Made by a program: the position numbers and the translations under genes. This document shows positions 23,721 through 36,329 of a stretch of 41,332 nt of DNA, in pieces; the first letter of the stretch is position 1, and each line of letters starts with the position of its first letter. This DNA is from Psammoneis japonica. Lineage: Eukaryota. The stretch covers positions 1 through 41,332 of the forward strand of contig QPGO01000359.1 in assembly GCA_008632985.1 (NCBI GenBank), written 5' to 3'. The notes below the pieces were generated by a model. That model saw only the letters and a list, made by a program, of their open reading frames with translations, made no database searches and was not told where the DNA came from.

Positions 23721-24270
23721 TACTTTTTAGTTTGCGTTAATCTTTGTCCATTACAGAAAATTCAAGGGCCTGGAGTATTTTTTGTGGCAATCTATCATAC
23801 AATGTACCACTTTTGGGAAGAGTAGCATTACTGGTAGCTTGACGGCACCTGGAATAAGTGAGACCACGTCATCAATCTCCCCGTTGTGGAAGAGTGACAT
23901 TACTGGTAAGCTACCGATTGTGAGTAGGTGGAATATTAGCATGCGGCATTTGAGCAGGTGTAAGCCTTGTCCATTCCGCATGCTTGGCATCATTTATTCC
24001 TCTTTCCAGCACTAATCTTTGTACTTGCTATATTCTTTCCAGGGTTTGCACCACTTCCTACAGGTTGACATCTTTTCTTGGGGTTGCACCATATCCTATA
24101 GGTTGATGTGGAGCATACTTACTCTAGAGTTGATGGATGGGGAAAGCGAACTCTACTTTATTATCATTTAGCCATGCACCCCCCCCACTGGCAAATGGGG
24201 GTTAGCATTGGAGAAGGAGGCTCACGAGTCGTCGGCATTGTGGAGTAGCCAGTCGATGTGGGAAAAGGTG

Positions 24271-24540
24271 GCACTGCAGTATCTGGGCGGCATTGGAGTA
24301 GGCGGTGTAGGACACGACAAGCTACGAGTAGGAGTAGGTGGCATTGCAGTATCTGGGCGGCATTGGAGTAGGTGGTGTAGGACACGACAAGCTACGAGTA
24401 GGAGCAGTTGGCATTGCAGTATCTGGGCGGCATTGGAGTAGGCGGTGTAGGCCACGACAAGCTACGAGTAGGAGTAGGTGGCATTGCAGTATCTGGGCGG
24501 CATTGGAGTAGGCGGTGTAGAACACGACAAGCTACGAGTG
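24271..24540. repeat. 70-bp tandem repeat, ~3.9 near-identical copies
   Basis: gcattgcagtatctgggcggcattggagtaggcggtgtaggacacgacaagctacgagtaggagtaggtg at 24271, 24341, 24411 and 24481. Confidence 0.95.
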
Positions 24541-24598
24541 GGGTCTAAGATGACGCCGAACATGCTACATGCAATGTGACAGTAAGTTATTTAATTTA

Positions 24599-27500
24599 TC
24601 ATCGAGCCATGCGCACCCCACTGGCAATGGGAAAGCCATCCAAGCGTTCATCTGCTGGGGTCGTGCAGACGTCATTCGCCTGAATGAACTTCCGTAGCTC
24701 CTTGTTGAATCCGGTCCCTTGGTGATATTCAGCATACATATCAAAAGATTTGTCCATACCACATTTTCGACATCTCCTTCTCACCTTTTGCTTGTTATTC
24801 TTTCTGCTTGCTCCAGGAGGTGTTGTATTTTGCACTGGTTGACGTGTAACGTAGTCTGAAGGACGCTTGCCGCTGGGAAGTTTGCCCACGAAAGGAAGCA
24901 CGGCAACAGGCTCTTGCAACGGTGACTCTGTATCTTTTGTATATTCCACACTGTGATCATCTTCAGCTGTTGGAAGCAAGTCATCAGTGTCATCCGTGAT
25001 GTGGAAATCATCGCCGGTCGGAAACGTTTGGTCGTCTTCAAAAATAGAGTACGGCTTTGGATCATCCTCCGCCGTCTCTGACGCCGGCTTGCCTCGAGGG
25101 GCCGGTTCCACTATTTTTCTGCTGCCAAGGAAAGCAACCTCTGTTGTTCGAGACGGTCCTCTCAACTCCTGTCTCAAGTTCTTGTTCGCCTCCTTCACTG
25201 GTAGAACAGTCGCCGCGACATTCCCTTTCCTTTTGAACTCTTGCCAATACGCCATGAGATGAAATGCGTTTTTGTAAGTCATATCAGTCACCGGTCTCTT
25301 TCCATCATCTTCATCCTTGACTACTTGATTCCAAAAATTTGTCATCTCACCCCATNTGCACGAATAATTATCAGCTTCGGTTTGTCGGCCGTCAAGGCTT
25401 TGATAACTTGTGTAGTTACGACGGAAAAAATCGACTTCTGTGGGCGACTCAACTGGTTTGACGCCTCTTTTCCGACCGAGCTTCTTTGCAATCCAGGAGG
25501 CTGATGCAGGCAATTCTTGATACTTAGAAAGAGATTGATCGCCATCAGCATTATCATCATCCAAGCTGCCATCTTCAAACGCATCAACAAGCTTCGTGAC
25601 TTCGTCTTCAAGATTGCTCTCTCGGAGCGCACCCTCAATGCCGAACTCCTCCCCAGCATTTTTAAAGTCCTCAGTCATCTCCCACTTTGAGTGTGGCGGC
25701 TCGAGCAGCTCTTCCCATGATGCCGTTACCTTGATTTCTTGCTCCACCTCCCAGCCATCGTAGTGGTTGGCACATTTGCTGGGTAGACCGAGAACGCGCA
25801 CACTGACATCGTGGTTCCAACGGTGAACAAATTCATGCAGCAACGCAATGACAAGCCTGGGAGAGTGGTTGAATGCTCGCAGCAGTTGTCGGACTTTTTG
25901 ATGACATCCTTCAAGTGCACTCGTTCCTCGAAGACATTTAAAAAGCGGGATGCCACATGAGTCCGTGCCGATCTGAACGTAGTGCGACATTAAAGGGATG
26001 TCACTGAGGCAACCCTTCCGCATGTGACGAAGCGTAGACTTGTGGAGATTCCATGCTTTCTTTTGAAAGAGTGGCTTCTTGGTCTTTGCGTCCGGCACAT
26101 TTGCAAGAAGATTCACAAGCTTCGTGAATTCTCTCTCCAACTCTTTCGGGCCCGGCACTGCACGACGGACCCGTTTTCGAAAAAACTTCCAGGGCAAGGC
26201 GTTGACATCGTCTTCGCTGAGTCCACTCTTTTGCAATGCTTCCTTGACAAACTCAATGTCAGTCTGGCAAGAAACAAAGAAGACATCCGACAGTCGAGCC
26301 ATGAACACCCCAAAGGCACCGTGGCTTTTCGAGATGACCCTCCCGAACCGAATGAAAATGTGTTCGATGTCTTGCTTCGTATGAAACTGATGCTCGATTC
26401 CCGCTTGTTGTTGGTCTTCATGTTCATCATCACACTCTCCCTCATCATCAATTTCTTCATCGTCTTCATTCTCCATTCCAGGTGGCGGCACAGCAGCAGG
26501 CGGGACAGAAGAATCGTCGGCGCTTTCATCGCTCTCCGACATTCGCTCTTGCATTTTTCTCGTGTGCATTTCAAACGCGACCGCATTGCATTGACTCGTG
26601 GGGACAACCCACAAGTTCCTCAATTCCCACACAATTTCATTTGTGCCATCTGCAGCAATCTCCTCAATGCATTTCTTGTCCATTTTCGGAACAGTTGCAG
26701 AAGGCCGCTTGACGGTGTCGAGTCGAACTGCAACAGCAGCTGGATCGACTTTGACGCAAAAGGGAGTTGCTGATTTTGATGGGCCCACATGGCTTGCTTC
26801 TGCAACTGCCACAGATTTGTTGGTTGTGTGCAGCAATGTCTTGTCATTTTCCTTGAGATCCCTTGCGTCTGGGGGCGGAATCTCTCTGGGATCAACACAC
26901 GGCATGGCCACCATTTTCAAGTGCGCCATCATTTGCACACAAGAATCGACAGCAGCATGACGACAATGCTTGTCATCAATGTGGGATCCTTTCCAATCAA
27001 ACAAATGCAGTCTGTTGTCTTTGTTGACTCCACAGCCAAAAAGAGCCTTCGCAATGTCATCAAGACCAACCGTCGCCCTTTCCACGATGCCTCGTTCTTT
27101 TGCCACGTTCTGCAGGTTCATTGCATTGGTCAATGATGCCCCAATCTGTGCAAGCTTCCTTTTGTCTGCATCAATCTTGGAGGCAACTCTCTTTGTGGCT
27201 TTCGACTCCAAGAGAAGCTTGAGCCCGTCAGGACAGGGTGATGCAAAAACGCAGTTCTCCAAATCAGGCGCAGCAACTTGAACAGTGTGCGGGCCATCCT
27301 CGGTCCCGACCGTCCACTCTGTGTCAATGGACAATGCGCTCCAATTGTTTTCAGCACATTTGGCAAGAATGTCCTTGGCTGTGGCATCGGCAACTTGTTT
27401 TGTAGAGAACGTGATTGGTGGCTTGGCAACGTCGAGATGCTCAACAAATTTGAATCCCTTTCGAGGCTGGTCTGCACCACTTTCACCTTGTGGCTCCACA

Positions 27501-29068
27501 GCGGATGTGGCACAATCCATTTCTTCTTCTGTCTCTGGAACAAAGGAATGGAACATGGGTTCCTTGCCATTGTTTCTGTCTCCTTCATAGAACGAGCGCT
27601 CATCGCAGCATCGATCCGTCGTGAAAACAACAGGGCCTTTAAAACCGTGCATTCTATGCCGTCTGTTGAGACCGCGCAGGCTGTCCTCAACCTCCAATGA
27701 GGTTGCACCGGTGACAAGTCGGAACAACAACACATGGCCAAACTCATTCACAACCGTGTGCAATCCAATGAAACCTCTTTTGTTCTCGATCAAAACGACC
27801 TTTCCAATTTTGACAAAATGGTCCCCAGAAAGGAAAAGGCCGCCATTCATTGTCATTTTGTGACGACAGCAAGGAACACAAGACTCGATTTCTGACATTG
27901 TTGCTTCCAACAGGTGCGCCAGGGAGGGCACTTGCATTTCCGACCTCTCGTCGTCAAAGTCGAAATGCAAACTTCGCTTTTCAATTCGACTGTCCCTTTT
28001 AACTGAGTTGTGAGCAAAAGCAACGTATCCTCGCCACATTTTTGCCTTCACAGCATGAGTCTGCTTGCATCGCTCCGTCAGCGACTTCACAAAGCCAAGC
28101 CCACTCATTCCGTGTGAAAGAGACGATCTCATTTGGTCAATGAGTTTCCATTTGATCGCGCCTTTGGAAGTGATTTTGTGACCATTTTGCCGCCACCAAC
28201 CTTGAACATGCTCGGGTGATTGTGACAGTGCTGCAGAGTCACAGCCATAGAATGTGTGGCTCTCCCTGTCACGGGTGCCGTGGCTCTCCTTCTGCATTCG
28301 CGTGCACATGTGCCGATGCCCGACAAAAGCTTCATTTTGATGCTCCCCGCATGCACGCCTGGCACAATCTGAGTGTCCAAGATGGCTGACACATTCAGTT
28401 TCTCCGGGATGAAAGGGGCAGCAGGGCCTGCATTCTGGCCAATGAAACGACCGCCAACGATCCTCCGGCCCGAAAAACATGACAGGCGGCATGGCAAAAT
28501 CCTCTCGGCAGAGCGGTGCGGCGTTTTCTTGTTCCGCACTTTCTTGTCCTGGTGCAAATGGAAAGTCACTCACTGGATCAGAAGACAAATCAATCATTGA
28601 AGAGCCAAACATTTGAGGCCAGCTTCCGCATGGCTCATGTTTGCCGTTTGCCTTGAACCCAACACACTTCTTGAGATGCTCAGACAACTTGTCGTACACT
28701 TTTAAGGTGCATGAAGTGAAAGAGCCCTTCAAAGCACCATCTTCCACAATGGCATTCCCATCTTGTCGTGAAGCCTTTGCTGCTCTGTTGGAAGCACGAG
28801 TTTCTGCCGCCCTCTTTCCACGACAACTCCTGGCAGCAGCTGCAGTGCTAGCGACGCGATTCTTCTCCTGCTCGGCTGTTTTCTTTGCCGCATTCATCAT
28901 TCTCGCCACTGTGTTTTCCGCCAACCTCTTGTTCCTTCTTGTGGCTTCATTTCTTGCAGAACATGGATTAACCACTGTGGGATTAGAGCCTTGATTCATG
29001 ATGCACAGGTCTGCATTACAAGCATGCGTTTGATGTTGTCGGGTGTCAAAAAAAAGCCGACACATCAA
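24599..29068 (-). mobile_element. Dada-superfamily DDE transposase ORF with inserted DEDDy 3'-5' exonuclease (open but hypermutated)
   Basis: N-terminal Cys/His cluster (CCPFH), D1 SGDHFVK, VVNEFGHV, D2 TTDRCC. Exonuclease ExoI IDTEW, ExoII KIDADKRKL, ExoIII DW...RHAAVD. Then DxxH (KQDIEH), CLRGTSALEGCH (catalytic E) and a C-terminal CRKCG..H..C finger. This order matches my recollection of the Dada architecture. The true start is probably downstream of 29068. Confidence 0.72.
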
Positions 29069-29371
29069 AGTTCAGAATGTGGATGGAATGCAAATTCATT
29101 TGTGCATTCATTGCCAGGATTCGTCCAATGATGTTAAAGCGTGCACCCATGGTAATTCTTATTCACTGTTGGCATTTCTGCATTGCTCTGAATTTGAAAT
29201 CTGACCGCTGTTCATTTAGCTTTCTTTGTGTCGAAGTGGAAATGACACTTGACGATTTGCACTGTTCATTTAGCTTACTTTGGCTCGAAGTCGAACAACG
29301 TTTTTGGGTTATGGGCTTGTCGTCATTCAGCCACGATCATGAAGTCTTTACCGAAATTGGTTCCTCCTCTT

Positions 29372-30276
29372 TTAGGTGGAACTCTCTAGATCGAAGTCTG
29401 AAACCGAAAGATTTTGGATTGCCGCCCTCGCTGCTGTCAGAAAATAGAGCCATGACGATTGCCTGCACCAATCATTTTGCTGCATTTTGTGCCGGGCGTT
29501 CGAATTAATTGCAACACATGACGGTTGTTTCGGTGCGCACTTCTGCGCGACCCACGCGACATGACTAATGTGCGTCAGTGCGTGGTGCTGGTTGTTTTGC
29601 TTCTGACCATTCTGTCTTCTGTGAGGTTTCATGAGGCTGTCTGTGCACATTGATGTTGTCTGGTTGTGCATGTTGATGTTGTCTAAGGCAAGCTGCGTTG
29701 GATCAAGTGAGTGTGGAAATGTTCGAAATTCACGCATTGTTGCAGCTTCTTTGCCAAACAGTTGGTCCTTGTTCATGGCCATGCTCAATCCGCGGCGGCT
29801 TAAGTGAAAGTCCATGTGCACGTATTTTGCGCATTGATGCGGTTGTCTTTGCCAAATGGTTGTTTGCAACTTGCTCAATTCCATTGTTTCTGGCCATGCT
29901 TCTTCTGAAGGGCCTTTGCTTGCTCCTTCTCCTGCTCCGCCATCTCCTCCTCGGTGAAAAATCTCCCCGACCGCTGTGGAATCCCCGCTGCACATGCTGC
30001 CTTTAGCTCCTCCATGGTTGAATCATCCTTGGGTGCGACCGTTGTTTCCACATGATGACTGTCCGCTGTCGTGTTGTCTTGCACAAGTGCAGAAGTGACA
30101 TCAAAATTTCCCGAGGTGAGGTCAAACGCCGCTCTTGCTTCTTCCAAGGTAATCTCCTCTTCGTCTTCCTTGTTCATCAATGACCCAAGAAGTTCCGCAC
30201 GTGTCTGCACCTTTTTCTTGTCCTCACCAGTTTTCTTTGGCTCGTCTGCCTTCTTTGTTTGTTGTTGCAAATCCAT
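29372..30276 (-). pseudogene. Frameshifted accessory ORF between Helitron helicase and Dada transposase (unknown function)
   Basis: MDLQQQTKKADE...ITLEEARAAFDL...AEQEKEQAKAL, continuing in another frame (KYVHMDFHLS...). Confidence 0.4.
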
Positions 30277-30390
30277 GTTTTCTCCATTGCTGCGTTTTCT
30301 GTGACGGTTGCGTTCACGTTTCTTGGTTTGTTGGTTAAAATCCATTCGATGTTGTGTGATGCATGTGTGGATTTCTGTGCAATGTGCTGA

Positions 30391-30530
30391 TCTAATCGAA
30401 ATGTTTTGTTTTACGAAATTTCCGCATTTTTGCGGTTGGGGTCGCCAAACAGTTGTGCAGTCTAATCGAAACATTTTGTTTTGCGAAATTTCTGCATTTT
30501 TACGGTTGGGGTCGCCAAACAGTTGTGCAG
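30391..30530. repeat. 70-bp tandem duplication
   Basis: tctaatcgaa...ggttggggtcgccaaacagttgtgcag at 30391 and 30461, with 5 transition differences. Confidence 0.95.
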
Positions 30531-30561
30531 TGGTTGAGCATCCTAATCTGATGTTTGCGCA

Positions 30562-33500
30562 CTACATTGACATTTCTGCGTGCTGTTGCTGAGAAAAATG
30601 CGTGGCGCTTCTCTCCTTCATGAGTCTTGCCAAGGCTTCGCAGCCTTCTGGGACCTTGCATTTTCGCAGGTCCTTGCTCAGTGGCTTTCGCATGAGCAGC
30701 CCTTCTCTGGTCTTTACTCTGGAGAGCACAACATGCACCCAATTCTGAGTGTAGCTCCAAGAGAGTGCAAACAACTGCGGGACTCCACTCCCTTGCAGTT
30801 TGTGCCCTGCAGTGGCGTTGTTGATGACAAACGGCAGCTGGGTTGCCTTCAGTTGGAAAGTGTGCCTTTGTTTGTCGCCTTCTTCTAAAGTTGGGCTGGG
30901 CTTGGTGATGCAAGCCCTGAAAGCATTTGTTTTTGGCTCAACTAAAAACTTCGCGGGGTCGATGCTTTTGTTGCAGTGTTCCAACACAACGTGGTCCACC
31001 TGACTGGCAAGTGCAGCAGGAGTGCCAATGTTGTTGTCTAAAGTCACTGGTCTTGGTTCCTGTCCTGGTTTGAGAACGACCTTGTCAACAGTGGCTTGCG
31101 TTCCATTTGCTTGACCGTTTGCCACATTTTTGTTGAAAGGTGTCATGACCCCGCATCTTCTGTAAATTCGTAAGACTGGATCCATTCTTCCTGATTGCAT
31201 GATGACGTCTCCTTCACCACAGTTGTTCCAGAAGCTGTTGCAAACCGGAAACGGTTGGCAGAGTCTCGTGCCATTCTGCACCTGCAAGTCGTCACTGAAA
31301 ATCAACATTGAGTCAAGGACATCTCCATCTCTTCTGTGCAGTGTTTCTGCTCTTTTTTTGAATGGGCCAGTGTCAATTGCATCTCTGTCCTCATTTGCGT
31401 GTGCAGCATGGCGGAGGTCACTGGGCAGATCATCTTCGTTCTGAACTGCTCGTTCGTTGATGTGCTCTGTGTCGTCAACTGCAATCTTGCCAGTGCGGAA
31501 TCTCTCAAGCAGTTTTCCCCATGATGGATCGTCTTTAAACCTGTGTGCACCACGAAGTTCTATGTGGCAGTTGATCCACTCGTGAAACTCGGGACATGCA
31601 TCTTTGTGTGGTGGTTTCACTCCTTTTCCGACTGGTTCTAGTTGCCTGAGGTCACCTGCGAAAACAATGTTGATGCCACCGCACGGCTTGCTCAATTCGC
31701 TCTTCAATGCTGTCAAATTCTCATGGAGTTTTTCTAGCTCTCTCTTGCTTGCAAAAGAAATCTCGTCTACCACCGAAAGTTTCGTGTCTGACCATGCTTC
31801 AATTTGCTCTTCGGTTGTTTGCTTTCTTCTCATGAGGCATGCAACTCGGTGGATTGTGTCCCCTTTGAGAACAGTCACAGCCACTCCGGTCAGTGCAGTC
31901 ATTCTGATTGTGCTTGTTGTGAAATGGCTGCTCAACAAGCAAGCAATGCTCTCTTCCGCATTCCACGACGAGGTCTGTTGTGGTTGATTTGCCACTTCCA
32001 CCTGCACCATGTAAAAAACACACAAGTTGCAACGTTCTGCGTCTTTGCACTTCCACGAGTTTCTTCAATTGGCGAAGGTTTGTTACAAATTCGTGTCTGC
32101 TGTTTCTCCTGTTGAGTCCATTGCGTGACGTCTCGTCTTGAAGAGCATCTTGGCAGCAAGTGAGCACAAAGGTTCCTGCCAGAATTTCAAAGGCACGCTG
32201 CTGTTGCCTGTCCAGTCTTGCTTTCCTAGCCCAGTCTACGACACTTGCTGCAGATCCGTTTGCTTGACGTACATCGACGTGTTCTTCCAAACCTGTTGTG
32301 TCCTCAAACGACCTTCTTGTTCTTTGCGTTCTAGTCAGCATCACTCGAACAATGTCGTCTCTTGACAGAGGTCTGCTGTGGATGTGTTGTTGCACTCCTT
32401 CATTCTGGTCTTCCTCGTCGGTGTCATCGCCGCCCTCTAGATTCTCAAAAAGTTGTCGTTCATTGACCTGGCTTTCCTCGTTTGGTGGGTCAGTGTGCAT
32501 GTCTGCCAAGCATTTGCAACCACCCATGTGTGAACCTTTCTGTCTTGCACGTTCACCGCTCAAATGCGCAGGAACAACTGCTTGGTCGCTCAACCCAATG
32601 TCATCATCTTCTGGCTGCTCTGCCATTTCTTCCAAGAGTGCATCCAGCAGTTGACCCTGAATGGCGCCTGAAAGACCTTCTTCCTCGTCACTTTCGCAAC
32701 AGTCAAACGCAACGTCAGCAGGTCTAAATTGCTCCGTCTTTCTTTGCAGATCGTCAGATGTGCTTTTGAGATGAAGGCAGTTGGACTTGGCATCCTGCAG
32801 GTTCTGCAAGAAGTTCAAGTTTTCCTCTGCAACAACACCGGCCACTGCGGAGAGTTGGAATTCACGCAGGCATGTGTGGGTTGTTGGTTTGAGCTCCGTC
32901 ATTGTTCTGTGAGGCGCAAACAAGGCCAATGCCAACTTGCAGCACAATTCTTTGTCCAGTGTTGTTGGTTGCTGTGGATCCATGAGGCAACTGCCAAACT
33001 TGGCTGCATCAGGAAAATCACACTGAAGTGCTTTTGACAATCGCGGTTGCTGTCGCTGTCTGACACCTTGAAGAAACTTGTTCTTCGTTGAATCACAAGA
33101 TGGGTGCCTGTGCGCTCTGTCATCGAACATCATCATGCCATGTTCGTTTTTCCTTGTGTTGCAAAGAACTTCGCATTCACTAAAAAACGCAAACGGACCA
33201 AGATTCTCACAGTGCTGTTGGACGACATGGGTGGTGCAAGGCCTGGCATTGGAAGAACGGTGCATCGCCAAAATGGGCTACAGTCACAGACACTTCGTCT
33301 CTTTCTAGTGTGCTGACAATGTCTTTCAAGGGGCACCATGCGGTCAAATGAGATTCGATGAAACGGCCTCCGTTCCTTGTCATGTAAGACGCGAGTGGTG
33401 GTCCAATGACGTTCGTCTTGTCATGCGAGCAAGCACCCCACATGAGACGTCTGATTGCTTCTGATGCATCAGATGCGTGTTTCCGCAATTCCGTCACCAT

Positions 33501-36215
33501 CCTGTTTGTAGTTTGAAGCACTTCGTCGTACGATGCAGTGTCATCTTTCTGGGTGTCTTTTAGGATGTGCTCAATCGTGTGTTGAGTGGACGGTCCAGGC
33601 ATCAACAAAGCAATGTTTGTGTTGCATGTCAGTTTTGATCTGCTTGTTGCGGGGCACGACACGTTTTGAAAAGCATCGCACTTTCTCCTCTTCAGAACAA
33701 CTTCCTTCACATGCCGATGCGCAAAAGTTCCATCCCAGCTGAACCACTTTGTCTGAGTGTCATCTGCATTCCTTGTCAAATTATTTGGACACGAAGCAGC
33801 TGGTTGCCTGTGATGGCAGTCACCTGGTTTGAGCTCCTCTCGTTTCCTTTTCCTTGACTGCGTGTCCAGTTCCTCGTGTGGGGTTTTTTTGTGCATTTTA
33901 CGCAACTCTGCGCATTTGGGAAAACACGACTTCGCAACGTGCATGTGATGGTTGTAAGCTGTGTCCGGCACATGTGCCTCTGTTGTCCCTTGCGGACCAC
34001 TTCACTGGCATTGCACACACACTGCTTTTGGTTGCTTTGCATGGTCATCTGGATGGCGAGTCAGGCCAGGTGCATGGTGCCGTGACTGCAAAAAGCTTTC
34101 TACAAACTCGACGTTTGTCCAGCACTTGGTGCAGTGACGACAACAAGCAAACATTCTGTTCTTCGACTGCTGGCCGTCTTCATGCCTCAGGTTTCTTAGC
34201 TGTTGGTCATCTGCTGCTTTTGGAGAGGCACGACACATTTTTGGCACTGTGCAGTCATGATCGAATGCTTCACACAACGCGTCAGTGCTGAAGTCCTCGC
34301 CACAGATTAATTCCGTGCTGCAGATCTTCTGAACCATGTTGGCAAGGCACTCAGCACCTTCGCGTCGGATCTGTCTCATTGGCGAATGCAGTTTCTCTCT
34401 TGCATTGTTGGTCGATGCGAACCAGATCTGCATGTGCCCGTGTGCTGTCAGACGTCCCTGCTCCTCAACTGCGGCTAAAAATGCGGCTGGCCTGCCAATG
34501 CAGAAGTTAAAGTTTTCTCTTGGTTGGTCAGCACTCAGATCCCAACCCACTGCCTCTTCTGTTGCAATGTCAAACAAGCACTCGAATGCAAAGGCTGTTA
34601 GACCGGGAAACTTTGGACGCAGTTCATTGCGTTGCTCAGCCCTGCTGGCAAGAATTTCATCCGTCAGTTGTGTCACGTCTTCGTTTGGGTCCAGGATGAC
34701 ACCCGAGCACAGTTGTGCAAGAAACGAATTTGCATCGTCCGGACTGACTGTTAAGAAAATGCCACCCCAACCAAAATGATGCTGATGAGTTTCGGCGTTT
34801 CTCCTCATTTTCTTTGCTGCTTCGTCACTGTGTGGCAGAGACGCAGATGCAACGTTGAGTGCGCACAAAAAGTGGTGCCCGAGTCCACAATCTCTTCTCT
34901 CGCCCAAGTTGCGATCACAAACAGCTCTGTCCACATCGTCCGCTGTTGGTTCGTTTGCAAACTGTGCAGCCTGATTCTTGTCCCTGACTTTCCACCCTGC
35001 GCTCTGTGGCATCCTTTGCTTCATTGTCAAGTTGCAGCATGTTAACACGAAGAGCTGCTGGTGGAAGTGAGGCTGGGAAATCCGTGCTGAGTGGTCGGCA
35101 TGGTGTGCAAGGTTGGTGCCATCTGCAAGACTTCCGTCTTTCTTCATTCTCGTCTCATTGATTCCTCCTCTGCCAAAAGGAAACTGCAGCAGACACACGT
35201 CAATGAAGTTGTTGCCTTTGAAATCACTCGCAGATTCTTTAGACAACTGTGCTTGTGCCTCTAAATCAAATCCGTTGGCAGCAGCTTCGTGTGCAAGATC
35301 TTTGAAGCAGTCCAGGTTGCACTGACCACCGGTCGCAGGAGACATGGTTCCATCAGGAAAGCAAGTGTGAAATGACTCTGAGGTCTCAACATTCGCATTT
35401 TCTCCTTCTTCTTTGCTGGTGCTGTCGACAAGTGCGGGATTTCGCAGATTGCGCCCAACTTCGTCTAGATTTGTCTGTTGGTGCACCCACTCTTGGTCAT
35501 GGCACAACAGCCACTCCATTGCCCTTGGCATGCAGTGCGCTCCAATTCTGTTCTTTGAATGTGCAAGTTGTCTTTGCTCCGGAGTCATCTTTCCAGTCAT
35601 CAGTGCAATCACATTCTGATGTAAACTCAGTGCGTCGAAGTGCACAACAGTTCTTACGATGCTTTGCATCTTGACTTTGTAGCACGCCAGACTTCCCTGA
35701 AGCTTCTTCTGTTTGCCGCCAAGGCAACTGAAGCAGTGTCCACATGTTTTCACTGGTGTGAGCATTGCCAACTCCACTTCGGTTAGAGACAACAGTTCGT
35801 GTGGCGGGGTGCCAAAACAGCAGTTGTTCGCTGTCACGTACATTGGCACAACGGCTCTTCCCAGGCTTCTTCGGCATTCGCTGCAGCAAGTGAATCCGTC
35901 GATGCATCGTCTGTCTTCCTGCACTGCGTGTTGGGCGCAGGGAGAAAGCAGCAGGTCTTTGATCCAATCAGCATCTTCATGCCCCACAGTGCAGCAGGAC
36001 TTGAGACGATCAGATGCGCTGTTCCAGTCTGAAGGGGTGAGCAAGTTTCTTGCTGATTCCAATGTTTCAAGCGGCAAGCAGCAAACTTCTCCAGGTTTCA
36101 GCAGAACGTCACAGACCAAACATGCGTGTGGTCTAAATTCTCCGTCTCCATGCAGACAAAGCATCTCAAACTTTCCATTGATTGTGCTGCAAACACGGGA
36201 GTTGGCCTCGTCCAT
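30562..36215 (-). mobile_element. Helitron Rep (HUH)-PIF1 helicase gene, pseudogenised
   Basis: Rep: LLQFPFGRGG, IFLTVSPDD, VEEQGRLTAHGHMQIW (HUH), HTIEHILK (degraded YxxKY), VIGPPLASYM. Helicase: GAGGSGKST, TALTGVA..TIH, VDEIS, GGINIVFAGDLRQLEPV, HRFKDD, ANGT, HKLQG, VHVVLSRVKT. In-frame TGA at 34002 and frameshifts near 33210 and 31920. Confidence 0.9.
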
Positions 36216-36329
36216 TTTAACTCAAGCTGACACTTCAACTCAACAAATTTCAAGAAGTCACTCAGTGAAAACAGTTGTTTTTTCAGTGCGCAGTTGTTTT
36301 TTCGGTGCGATCACCGTGAAGCTGCGATC

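Noticed and set aside
24271..24540. CRISPR-like array (also considered for 36330-36965)
   Set aside because: Head-to-tail tandem units with no unique spacers, in a eukaryotic context with no cas genes.
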